Shown here piece after piece: positions 30,586-39,217 of a stretch of DNA of 64,000 bases (position 1 is the first letter of the stretch; every line of letters starts with the position of its first letter). The DNA comes from Omnitrophica WOR_2 bacterium GWF2_43_52 (GTDB lineage Bacteria > Omnitrophota > Gorgyraeia > Gygaellales > UBA12090): NCBI GenBank assembly GCA_001805445.1, contig MHGF01000029.1, forward strand, positions 68,270 to 132,269, written 5' to 3'. The position numbers and the translations under genes are program-made. The notes under the pieces are model-generated. The model did not search any database and was not told where the DNA came from. It worked only from the letters and a program-made list of their open reading frames with translations.

Positions 30586-31284
30586 ATGCCACGAGTTGCT
30601 AGAAATACTATAATCGATATTCCTTACCATATCATCCATAGGGGGAATAATAAACAGAAAATCTTTCTTTCTAATGATGATTACCACTATTTCATTTCCT
30701 TAATAACGCAATCTAAGAAGAAGTATGCGTGTAATGTGTATTCCTATGTTTTGATGCCTAATCATGTTCATTTTATCTTGGAGCCTAAAGAACAGCCGCA
30801 TAACCTAGCTAAGTTTGTAAAATTATTAGCACAGAAATATGCGCAGTATAGCAATAAAAAATATAAAAGAACGGGGACTGTGTGGGAAGGAAGATTCAAG
30901 AGTTCTCCTATTTCAAAAGACAGCTATCTCTTGGCCTGCAGCAGGTATATTGAAATGAATCCTGTAAGAGGATGCATTGTGAAAGATCCTGCAGAGTATC
31001 GCTGGAGTAGCTATCGGTATAAAAGCGGACTTGATAGTAATCTTTTGCTTCTTGATAGAGATCCTTTATATTTAGACTTTGGCGTGAATGATGAAGAAAG
31101 ACAAAGAAAGTATAGAGAATGGTTTAAACAGAATCATTCATCAGAAAGCGATTTGCATTTGATAAGAGAAGCGATTAATAAAAACACAGTGTTTGGGAAT
31201 AGAGAATTTAAGGAATCTTTAGAAAGATTATTGGGAAGGGATTTGACGATTAAGAAGCAGGGTAGGCCAAGAAAAGGTGGATGA
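30586..31284 (+). mobile_element. REP-associated tyrosine transposase (RAYT; IS200/Y1 HUH transposase fold)
   Basis: HUH motif NHVHFIL. C-terminal NPVRGCIVKDPAEYRWSSY matches the RAYT (YafM-type) NPVRAG...WxWSSY signature. Flanked by perfect 17+ bp inverted repeats. Confidence 0.85.
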
Positions 31285-31293
31285 AGAGGTAGA

Positions 31294-31317
31294 AAAATGA
31301 ACCCGTCCCCTTTTTTT
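31294..31317. repeat. REP-like inverted repeat, right flank of RAYT
   Basis: aaaaatgaacccgtcccctttttt. Reverse complement of the left flank. Confidence 0.8.
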
Positions 31318-31319
31318 AT

Positions 31320-31350
31320 TTGAAACTTTTTGGCACTTGGTGCGTATAAT
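31320..31350 (+). promoter_or_regulatory. Putative sigma-70-type promoter for the ECF sigma operon
   Basis: TTGAAA, a 19-nt spacer, then TATAAT, about 30 nt upstream of the ORF. The spacer is long, so this is tentative. Confidence 0.3.
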
Positions 31351-31382
31351 AAAGTGGAGAAGGGGAAAGGCACGGTAAAAGG

Positions 31383-31961
31383 ATGCGGCAGTTAGCAGAT
31401 GATGAAGTAATGCTAAAGTATCAGGAAGGAGAAGCCTTAGCAATGGATGAGCTATTGAGGCGCTATAAAAATCCGGTATACCATTTTGCCTATCGCATGT
31501 GCTTTAATGCGCATGAGGCTCAGGATGTAACCCAGGAGGTATTCTTGAGGGTGCATCAGTATAAGGATACCTATAGGCTTCAAGGCAAGTTCTCTACCTG
31601 GCTTTTTAGCATTGCCCATAATCTGTGCGTAAGCCGGCTGCGCAGGAAAAAGTGGTGGGGTTTATGGCCGCGCATGCAGGATGACCCCGATGAGTTAGTT
31701 GAAGTTGAAAGCCCTGACCCGTCTCCGTCAGACATAGCAGAGGAAAATGATCAAGCAAAGCAAATAAAACAATGCATCCAGGAGCTTCCCTTTCTCCAGA
31801 GAGAAGCCCTGATGTTACGTGAATATCAGGATTTAGAGTATCATGAAATAGCCAAAATTTTAAAGAAGCCTCTAAACACAGTCAGGACATTACTTTACAG
31901 AGCGCGTCAAACCTTACAGGCTAAACTCCTTATGTATGTAAGAGAGTTTGGGGAGGTTTAG
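31383..31961 (+). CDS. ECF (sigma-24 type) RNA polymerase sigma factor
   Basis: Region 2 (YHFAYRMCFNAHEAQDVTQEVFLRV) and region 4 (LPFLQREALMLREYQDLEYHEIAKIL) motifs. Confidence 0.85.
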   Translation: MRQLADDEVMLKYQEGEALAMDELLRRYKNPVYHFAYRMCFNAHEAQDVTQEVFLRVHQYKDTYRLQGKFSTWLFSIAHNLCVSRLRRKKWWGLWPRMQDDPDELVEVESPDPSPSDIAEENDQAKQIKQCIQELPFLQREALMLREYQDLEYHEIAKILKKPLNTVRTLLYRARQTLQAKLLMYVREFGEV

Positions 31962-31962
31962 A

Positions 31963-33384
31963 ATGAATAGATGCCGGTGTATCAAAGAGTTAAGCAGTTA
32001 CTTGGACAGCCAGCTTTCAGGAAAAAGAAAAATTCAGATAGAAGAACACCTGAAGCGATGCGCTCTATGCAGTCAGGAACTAGAGAAGCTTAAGGCTCTT
32101 TCTGAAAAACTAAAAAGCTGGCAGGCACCTGCTCTTGATGTTTCTTTTGACAGCTCTGTAAAAAATAAGATTGTGGCATTAGAGTTAGAAAAGGAGCGAG
32201 TTAAAATGAACAAGAAAACTTTAAGTATATTGATTCCAGCAGGCGCGATAGCAGGGATTTTGATTGTCAGTTTGCTGAGTCTTAATGTGTATATGAAAAG
32301 AGGTGTGCAGGGAAGATTCAATGACGAAGTCAAAGAACAGTATAATGCGGAGACAGAGTATGGTCAATTAGCGTATACTCCTCGCCCCGATGGAAGGGTT
32401 GCTGTTGAACAAGACAAGAAGTTAGTCAATGTGCGCTATATTAGGGCAGGAAAAGAAATGCAAGTGGCAGAGAAAAGTAGGGCTGTGGGTTGGCAAGAGA
32501 GTAGCTCTTTCGAGGAGAGCGACGCTGTAGGCGCTTATAGAAGTGCCGGGAAAAGGTCAGGATTAGCAAAAACAGATAGTTTCCTAAGGAGTTCTTCTGA
32601 ACAGATGCCTCCGGCGTCAGTTTCTAATATGATGCTCGCAGATAAAATAAGCCCTTTGGCGGAAGATTCCCGGGTGATTGTGATACAGCCGACACTCCCG
32701 GCAACCGGCATTGGCGATATGATTATCCGTACTGCCGAGCTTACTTTAGAGGTGGAAAACGGTAAGGAAACTTATAGAAAGATTGCGGATATCTGCCGCG
32801 AGTTTGGCGGGTATCAGGCAGAGTCAAGTTTTTCTAAGAATGATCAGGGAAGAGAAGCCGGGAGAGTTACTCTGCGTATTCCAAAGGATAAGTTTCTCGC
32901 TGCCTTGGATAAGTTGTCCGAATTAGGAAAGGTAAAGGCAAATAATACCCATAGCCAGGATGTAAGCCAGGACTATGCCAACCTGAAAGCGGAGCTGGAT
33001 GCGGCAATGGTGGTCTATAACAAGATGCTCGAGGCTCTTCAGAAACGCCAGACTAGCATCCCCGAGGCAATGAGGTTAGAGTCAGAGCTTACCCCGGTAT
33101 TAAAGAAAATTGAGCACTTGAAGAACCAGATTGAGAAACTGAACAATCTGGCTTCTTTTACCACCGTAACGGTCAATTTCTACGAGGCTGAAGTTTCGGC
33201 TAAAGTCTTGGAAGAAACCACGAAATTGGTAAAAGAGAATATCCTTGCGGCTAAAATCAACGCGGTAAGATATTTCGCGACCCATTTGCCGCTTGTTGGC
33301 TTGGTGGCAGGGTTTACGCTTATTGCATTTGTTTTTGTGATACTGCTGTCAATCTTGATTTCCCGCCTTAAGAAACGCGGCTAA
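31963..33384 (+). CDS. Anti-sigma factor: zinc-finger (ZAS, HxxxCxxC) with TM and a large extracytoplasmic coiled-coil domain (DUF4349-like), C-terminal TM
   Basis: HLKRCALCSQEL zinc motif immediately after the sigma factor gene. TM at about residue 100 and a C-terminal hydrophobic helix. A GGGGAGG RBS precedes the ATG at 31963. Confidence 0.65.
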   Translation: MNRCRCIKELSSYLDSQLSGKRKIQIEEHLKRCALCSQELEKLKALSEKLKSWQAPALDVSFDSSVKNKIVALELEKERVKMNKKTLSILIPAGAIAGILIVSLLSLNVYMKRGVQGRFNDEVKEQYNAETEYGQLAYTPRPDGRVAVEQDKKLVNVRYIRAGKEMQVAEKSRAVGWQESSSFEESDAVGAYRSAGKRSGLAKTDSFLRSSSEQMPPASVSNMMLADKISPLAEDSRVIVIQPTLPATGIGDMIIRTAELTLEVENGKETYRKIADICREFGGYQAESSFSKNDQGREAGRVTLRIPKDKFLAALDKLSELGKVKANNTHSQDVSQDYANLKAELDAAMVVYNKMLEALQKRQTSIPEAMRLESELTPVLKKIEHLKNQIEKLNNLASFTTVTVNFYEAEVSAKVLEETTKLVKENILAAKINAVRYFATHLPLVGLVAGFTLIAFVFVILLSILISRLKKRG

Positions 33385-33388
33385 TTAG

Positions 33389-33479
33389 TCAGGGACGGTT
33401 CTTGAAATAATCGGAAAAGTGTCCCCTCTTTTTTTACAGGAGGGGACACTTTTAGCTTTGAATCTAGAACCGTCCCTGA
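33389..33479. repeat. REPIN-like double inverted repeat with GGGGAC/GGGACGG cores
   Basis: Outer tcagggacggttct / agaaccgtccctga. Inner aaaagtgtcccctc / gaggggacactttt. Both pairs are perfect 14-mers. Cores match the RAYT flanking repeats. Confidence 0.7.
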
Positions 33480-33488
33480 AGATAACTT

Positions 33489-34706
33489 ATGCCAGAACGT
33501 ATTATTTTACACATAGATATGGATGCTTTCTTTGCCTCGGTTGAGCAAAGGGATAACCCAACGCTGCAAAATAAGCCTATTGCGGTGGTAGGCCCCGCGG
33601 AGCGCACGGTAGTAGTTACCTCTTCGTATGAAGCGCGGGCATTAGGAGTAAAAACCGGAATGAATAAGTATGAAGCAAAAAGGGCATGCCCTCAGGTTAT
33701 TTTTGTCCAGGCAAACCATGAAAAATATACCGAGGCCTGCGATGAGATTGTAAAAATACTCTATACTTTTAGCCCGGATTTAGAAGTGTATTCTATTGAC
33801 GAGTCGTTTCTGGATATTGCAGGGGTTATCCCTTTATTCGGAGAACCCCTTGAAATAGGCAAGAAGATTAAGCAGGCAATCCGTGAAAAGGTAAAACTTA
33901 GCTGTTCTATAGGCATTGCCCCGAATAAGCTCCTGGCAAAACTTGCCAGTTCCCATCATAAGCCTGACGGCCTGTTCCAGATTACAGACGATGCCATCCC
34001 CGCCCTTTTACACGATTTAGCTGTCCAGGAACTTTGGGGTATCGGTAAGCGTACCCAAGAACTCTTAAATAGCATGGGGATTTATACCTGTTCTCAGCTA
34101 TCTAAGGCTGATCCGCTTTTCCTAAGAAAAAGATTCGGTATTTTTGGTGAGTCGTTAAAAGAAATGGCTCAAGGTAAAGATGATGCCTCGGTAATGCCTT
34201 TCGGCTATGAGCCAAAGGCGCGTTCCATAGGCCATAGCATGACGTTACCGCGGGATACTAGTAGTGATGACGAAATATTGAAGCATATCCTGGAATTATC
34301 AGATATGGTAGCCCGCAGGATGCGCAGAGAAGGCTTGGTAGGCAGGACCGTGACGGTTATTGTGCGCTATAAGGATTTCCAGACTTTTAGCCGCCAGAAA
34401 AAGCTTCCGGATTCCAGTGACGATACCAGAAAAATATATCTCTACGCGAAAGCGATTCTTAAAAGTATGTCCTTAGTAAAACCTGTACGATTACTGGGAG
34501 TAAGTATCTCCGGATTAGAAAGGCATCAGGGTGAGTTGTTTCTTTTTGAAGAGGATAGGAAAGCGAAAAGTTTAAACAGTACGCTGGATATGGTACATCA
34601 ACGTTTTGGGGATACCATGTTGACTTTTGCCTCGCTTATCCATCATAAAGAATACGACAAGGTGATTTCGCCATCATGGCGGCCCTACGGAGCGAAAAAA
34701 TATTAG
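33489..34706 (+). CDS. dinB: DNA polymerase IV (Y-family translesion polymerase)
   Basis: ILHIDMDAFFASVEQRDNP, SIDESFLD and the little-finger domain. 405 aa. Confidence 0.9.
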   Translation: MPERIILHIDMDAFFASVEQRDNPTLQNKPIAVVGPAERTVVVTSSYEARALGVKTGMNKYEAKRACPQVIFVQANHEKYTEACDEIVKILYTFSPDLEVYSIDESFLDIAGVIPLFGEPLEIGKKIKQAIREKVKLSCSIGIAPNKLLAKLASSHHKPDGLFQITDDAIPALLHDLAVQELWGIGKRTQELLNSMGIYTCSQLSKADPLFLRKRFGIFGESLKEMAQGKDDASVMPFGYEPKARSIGHSMTLPRDTSSDDEILKHILELSDMVARRMRREGLVGRTVTVIVRYKDFQTFSRQKKLPDSSDDTRKIYLYAKAILKSMSLVKPVRLLGVSISGLERHQGELFLFEEDRKAKSLNSTLDMVHQRFGDTMLTFASLIHHKEYDKVISPSWRPYGAKKY

Positions 34707-34751
34707 TTTTAAAAATCTTGAATGTATTGTATAATTAAATTCCGTTAACTA

Positions 34752-35069
34752 TTGGAAAGGGACAAAAACATGCTTGATAAAATGAAAGCTTTGTGGGATA
34801 TGAAGAAGAAGATGGAAGAATTAAAGCGGGAATTAGACGCTGTTACCTTTGAGATTGAAAGCCATGATAAAAGCGTCAAGATAGCCATGAATGGTTCTCA
34901 GGAGGTCAAAGAAGTAAAACTCCATGGTGATCTGTCAACGCTGAAAGCGGCTCATCTTGAAACCGCTGTCAAAGACACTTTTAACCGTGCCTTAAAGCGT
35001 TCTCACGATATTGCTGCCGATAAAATGAAATCAGTGACAGGATTAAACATCCCGGGAATGTTTTCGTAA
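34752..35069 (+). CDS. ybaB: Nucleoid-associated protein YbaB/EbfC
   Basis: MKKKMEELKRELDAVTFEIESHDKSVKIAMNGSQEVKEVKL matches the YbaB fold pattern. Confidence 0.8.
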   Translation: MERDKNMLDKMKALWDMKKKMEELKRELDAVTFEIESHDKSVKIAMNGSQEVKEVKLHGDLSTLKAAHLETAVKDTFNRALKRSHDIAADKMKSVTGLNIPGMFS

Positions 35070-35126
35070 CCAAAAGCGCTGATGACATCGGGTACTGACG
35101 TGCCCGCATAGGTTGAGTACTATGCC

Positions 35127-35321
35127 ATGAAACAATTTGATGATTTAAAAGCAACCTCTCTGTATTGCCATGCCTGCGGCGGCTCTATGCCGGTAAGGGA
35201 ACGGTTGCTTTTGATTTTACCTGACGGTTATTTGTTTGAGTATCATTGTACCTCTTGCGGAGAGGTCTTAGGCGATAAAAAGACTAAATTAAAGGAAAGA
35301 GATAGGCTTTTGTTACGATGA
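35127..35321 (+). CDS. Small zinc-ribbon protein
   Basis: 64 aa. The CHACGG ... CTSCGE four-Cys arrangement. Confidence 0.45.
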   Translation: MKQFDDLKATSLYCHACGGSMPVRERLLLILPDGYLFEYHCTSCGEVLGDKKTKLKERDRLLLR

Positions 35322-35740
35322 TAAGGTTTAGCCGCATAGTAGAAGAGATGTATGCCAAGGATAATCGTTATAAGCCTGATGGCTATGAGTTTGTTATTGA
35401 GGCATTGCATTTTTCCCAGAAGAAACTAAAAAAAACAGGCCACCTCACCGGAAGAGAGCTTGCCCAAGGGGCGCGCGACCTCGCTCTTGACCACTATGGG
35501 CCAATGGCAAAGGCTGTGTTGACGCACTGGGGAATACATAAGACCATTGATATCGGTAATATCGTCTATAATATGATAAGCGCGAAGTTGCTGTCAAAAA
35601 CCGACGGGGATTCCCTGGAGGATTTTAATGATGTGTATGATTTCGAAACCTCGTTTAAAGATGCCTTCATAAAAAGCCCTTCCGAAACGAAAAAAAATAA
35701 CAAAAAAGGCGATAAAAAAACCTTGCAAAATCAGAATTAA
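35318..35740 (+). CDS. Hypothetical protein, lysine-rich C-terminus
   Basis: 140 aa. Start overlaps the upstream stop (ATGA). No recognisable motifs. Confidence 0.5.
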   Translation: MIRFSRIVEEMYAKDNRYKPDGYEFVIEALHFSQKKLKKTGHLTGRELAQGARDLALDHYGPMAKAVLTHWGIHKTIDIGNIVYNMISAKLLSKTDGDSLEDFNDVYDFETSFKDAFIKSPSETKKNNKKGDKKTLQNQN

Positions 35741-35822
35741 GTGGTAAAATAAAATCTCCGTGCTTAAAAATTCCGCGGAACAATCCATACGTCGTATGGG
35801 TGCAGGAGAAACGCATTCAAGA

Positions 35823-36404
35823 ATGAAAGAAATCAGAATACATGCCAGGGCAGGCCAAGGGGCAATTACCACAGCAACAATTCTTGGTTATGCCTACTTT
35901 ATAGAGGGTAAATTCCCGTATGCCTTTCCTAATTTTGGGGCAGCTCGAATGGGGGCACCCATGAATGCCTTTGTCAGGGTTGATAATAAGCCGGTGCGCC
36001 TTCGTTCGCAGATTTATGAGCCGGATTATCTTTTAATCTCCGATGCCACGCTTTTACGGGGATTTAACTGTTTCAAAGGCTTCAAAGACAATGGCATCGC
36101 GATTATCAATGAGCATGAAGATTTTCCAATCCCGGAGCATAAGCCGGCACAGCAGATTTATGTAGTTCCTGCCCAGGCTATTGCCATGGAGACTATAGGT
36201 AGGCCCTTAAGTAATACCGCTCTCTTAGGCGCGTTTGTAGCCGCGACCAGCGAATTGAAGCTAGATTCCTTGCTTGAGTCAATTAAACACAGATTCTCCG
36301 GAAAAGCCGCAGAGCAAAATCTTTTGGCAGCCAGAAAAGGGTACGACTATATCGTGCCGAAAAAAACAGCACAGCCGAAGAAAGCATTGGCTGTTGCCAA
36401 ATAA
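35823..36404 (+). CDS. porG: Pyruvate:ferredoxin oxidoreductase gamma subunit
   Basis: MKEIRIHARAGQGAITTA, the typical PorG N-terminus. Upstream in-frame GTG at 35760 is an alternative start. Confidence 0.8.
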   Translation: MKEIRIHARAGQGAITTATILGYAYFIEGKFPYAFPNFGAARMGAPMNAFVRVDNKPVRLRSQIYEPDYLLISDATLLRGFNCFKGFKDNGIAIINEHEDFPIPEHKPAQQIYVVPAQAIAMETIGRPLSNTALLGAFVAATSELKLDSLLESIKHRFSGKAAEQNLLAARKGYDYIVPKKTAQPKKALAVAK

Positions 36405-36414
36405 AGGATAGAGA

Positions 36415-36675
36415 ATGTTTGGGCCGCTCTTATCAAAAGCTATAACCGCAAAAGCAAACAAAACAGGTTCTTGGCGGGTTGACGTCAAGCCGAAGTTCCT
36501 GCGGAAGGATTGTATTGCCTGTAAGATGTGCGTATTGATTTGTCCTGAGGCATGTGTTACCGGTGACGCTAAGAACACCTATATGTGTGATTATGAGTTT
36601 TGTAAAGGCTGTGGTAATTGCGCGGCAATATGCCCGAAAAAGGATATTGCCATGGTTAAGGAAGAAGAAAAATGA
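36415..36675 (+). CDS. porD: Pyruvate:ferredoxin oxidoreductase delta subunit (2x[4Fe-4S])
   Basis: CIACKMCVLICPEAC and CKGCGNCAAICP. Confidence 0.8.
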   Translation: MFGPLLSKAITAKANKTGSWRVDVKPKFLRKDCIACKMCVLICPEACVTGDAKNTYMCDYEFCKGCGNCAAICPKKDIAMVKEEEK

Positions 36676-37889
36676 GAGAGTTATTGGAAGGCTCAGAGGC
36701 AGTAGCTGAAGCAGTGCGGTTATGCAAGCCGGGGGTGGTTTCGGCGTATCCAATTACTCCGCAGACCCATATTGTTGAGGGCTTGGCCGCGATGATTGCC
36801 GATGGAAAATTTACTTCTCAGTTTGTCAATGTTGAGTCAGAACATTCTGCCGCGAGCGTGGTGTTGGGCTCGGTCGCCACAGGGGTACGTTCTTTTACCG
36901 CCACTAGTTCTCAAGGGCTTCTTCTCATGGCGGAAGTTGTGTTTAACATCGCGGGGATGCGCCTTCCGGTAATTATGACGTGCGCGAACCGGGCAATTTC
37001 CGCGCCATTAAATATTTGGAATGACCATCAGGACGCGATTACCGTGCGCGATTCCGGATGGATTCAGATGCACGCTGAAAATATACAAGAAGCCTTAGAT
37101 TTGCATATTCAGGCTTATCGCATCGGTGAATCGCCTAAGATAATGCTTCCGGTAATGGTAAATATGGACGGTTTTATACTTACCCACGGCCTCGAGGTAG
37201 TTGATGTGCCTACCCAGGCGCAGGTGGATAGCTTTTTGCCCGCGTATACTCCGCTTTATAAATTAGACGTAAATAACCCTTTGACCTTTGGCCCTTTGGT
37301 TGACCCTGACTATTATATGGAGGCGCGCTACGCGATTCACCAGACACATAAAGATGTGTTGAAATTGATACCGCTGGTCAAGGATGAGTTTCAGAAGGTA
37401 TTCGGCCGCCCTACCGGAGGCCTGATAGAAGGATACCGGATTGATGATGCTGAAAAAGTAATCGTCGCGATGGGCTCTGTCTGCGGCACGATCAAGGATG
37501 TTGTGGATAGTTTAAGAAGTAAGGGAAAGAAGGTGGGGTTATTAAAAATTATTACTTACAGGCCTTTTCCCGCGGATGCCATTTACCAGGCTTTAAAGGA
37601 TATTCCTAAGGTTGCGGTTTTGGAAAAGGCGGTCTCTTTGGGGTCTTATAGCCCGGTATTAACTGAAATCCGCTCTGCATTCAGCAAGCCTGAGGGCAGT
37701 GGTTTGGCTTCCTATAGCCAAAGCCACGGAAAAAAGAAATCCCCAGTTATAAGCGGATTCGTTATTGGCTTAGGCGGCAGGGATATTACTATAGATTCGA
37801 TAAAGGAAGTGTATAAACGCTTAGGGCCAAAACCCATAAGCGAGGAATATATTGATTTGAAACCGGAATTATTAGAGGAACATATATAA
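36672..37889 (+). CDS. porA: Pyruvate:ferredoxin oxidoreductase alpha subunit
   Basis: 405 aa. EGSEAVAEAVRLCKPGVVSAYPITPQTHIVE, the typical PorA N-terminus. Confidence 0.85.
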   Translation: MRELLEGSEAVAEAVRLCKPGVVSAYPITPQTHIVEGLAAMIADGKFTSQFVNVESEHSAASVVLGSVATGVRSFTATSSQGLLLMAEVVFNIAGMRLPVIMTCANRAISAPLNIWNDHQDAITVRDSGWIQMHAENIQEALDLHIQAYRIGESPKIMLPVMVNMDGFILTHGLEVVDVPTQAQVDSFLPAYTPLYKLDVNNPLTFGPLVDPDYYMEARYAIHQTHKDVLKLIPLVKDEFQKVFGRPTGGLIEGYRIDDAEKVIVAMGSVCGTIKDVVDSLRSKGKKVGLLKIITYRPFPADAIYQALKDIPKVAVLEKAVSLGSYSPVLTEIRSAFSKPEGSGLASYSQSHGKKKSPVISGFVIGLGGRDITIDSIKEVYKRLGPKPISEEYIDLKPELLEEHI

Positions 37890-38819
37890 ATGGCACAAGA
37901 GAACGGACATCTATTCGGTTCAGGGCATACTGCCTGCGCGGGTTGCGGCCAGGCTATCGCGGCCAGGCTTGTAGTCGATGTGACAGGTAAAAATACTATT
38001 ATTGCCAATAATACCGGCTGCCTTGAGGTTTTCTCCACGAAATATCCGGAATCGGCATGGGGGGTCCCTTGGATACATTCATTATTTGAGAACGCGGCAG
38101 CAGTTGCCTCAGGGATTGAGGTGGCATTAAAATATTTAGGGCAGAAGGAAAATACCCATGTCATTTGCCAGGCAGGCGACGGCGGGACAGCGGATATCGG
38201 ATTACAGGCGCTTTCCGGGATGTGGGAGAGAGGCCATGATATTTTATCTATTTGTTACGACAATGAGGCCTATATGAATACCGGCGTGCAGCGCAGCGGC
38301 CTGACTCCTTTTGAAACCAGTACTTCTACGACACCAATTGGCAAGCTATCATTGGGAAATCCCCGCCCCAAGAAGCCTATGCCGGAGATTGCGGTTGCCC
38401 ACGGGCTTGTGTATGTAGCAACCGCTTCAGCCGGGTATCCTCAGGATATTCAGAAGAAAATCAAAAAGGCTATTTCTTTGAAAGGGCCTAAATATATTCA
38501 GATTCATGTGCCCTGCCCTTTAGGCTGGCGCCATGATTCGCAGCTTACCTATGATATTGGAAAGCTCGCGGTTGAAACCGGGTTATACCCTTTGGTAGAG
38601 TATGAAAATGGAAAGCTGACGAGTGTGCGCAAGCTCACTAAAATTAAGCCGGTAGAAGAATACTTGAAATTCCAGGGAAGGTTTAAGCACATTATGAGTT
38701 CCCCGGAATTGATTAAGCAGATTCAGGCAGTTGCTGATTATAATATAGAACGTTATGGCTTAAAGATGGAGGTTGCTGCTTCGGCAGCTGTGCCGGTGAC
38801 TTCCCAGCCAAAAGCTTAA
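37890..38819 (+). CDS. porB: Pyruvate:ferredoxin oxidoreductase beta subunit (TPP-binding)
   Basis: GHTACAGCGQAIAARL N-terminal Cys cluster. GDGGTADIG TPP motif. Confidence 0.85.
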   Translation: MAQENGHLFGSGHTACAGCGQAIAARLVVDVTGKNTIIANNTGCLEVFSTKYPESAWGVPWIHSLFENAAAVASGIEVALKYLGQKENTHVICQAGDGGTADIGLQALSGMWERGHDILSICYDNEAYMNTGVQRSGLTPFETSTSTTPIGKLSLGNPRPKKPMPEIAVAHGLVYVATASAGYPQDIQKKIKKAISLKGPKYIQIHVPCPLGWRHDSQLTYDIGKLAVETGLYPLVEYENGKLTSVRKLTKIKPVEEYLKFQGRFKHIMSSPELIKQIQAVADYNIERYGLKMEVAASAAVPVTSQPKA

Positions 38820-38918
38820 TATAGTAAACCTGACCCCCGGGGGTATTTTACTGATAAGGTATGAGGGGTCACATTCCCCCGGCATAACGTCTGGGATATT
38901 TGAGGAGGAAGAAACAAG

Positions 38919-39101
38919 ATGAAGGTAAGCGTGGATGTTGCGACGTGTGTAGGGTGTGGTTTATGCGAACAATCGTGCCCTGAGGTATTTCAGGTGCAGG
39001 GTGATGGTATCGCTCATATATTAGGCCACAACTGCTTGGCAAGTCATAATTTAAAAGAGATAGCGGATAGCTGTCCGGTCAATTGTATTAAAGTAGAGTA
39101 A
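38919..39101 (+). CDS. Ferredoxin (single 4Fe-4S type)
   Basis: 60 aa. CVGCGLCEQSCP ... CPVNCI. Confidence 0.75.
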   Translation: MKVSVDVATCVGCGLCEQSCPEVFQVQGDGIAHILGHNCLASHNLKEIADSCPVNCIKVE

Positions 39102-39123
39102 ATAAGGAAGAAAAGAAATAGTG

Positions 39124-39166
39124 AGGACGGTGTTTGCGTTAGCGTAAACACCGTCCTTTGTTTTTT
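39124..39166. terminator. Bidirectional rho-independent terminator between the convergent fdx and ppiD
   Basis: aggacggtgtttgcg-ttag-cgtaaacaccgtcct stem-loop, followed by tttgttttttctt. Confidence 0.8.
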
Positions 39167-39217
39167 CTTAAGGCTTGCCTGCTGTAGAAACCGTCTCTGG
39201 GAGAAACGCGGTAAGAA

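Noticed and set aside
37712-38164. Minus-strand ORFs of 100-150 aa overlapping plus-strand genes (e.g. 37712..38164, 9996..10358, 21202..21675, 17871..18317)
   Set aside because: Each lies entirely inside a well-supported plus-strand gene (porA/porB, ilvN, pyk, ttcA-like). They are low-complexity shadow ORFs.
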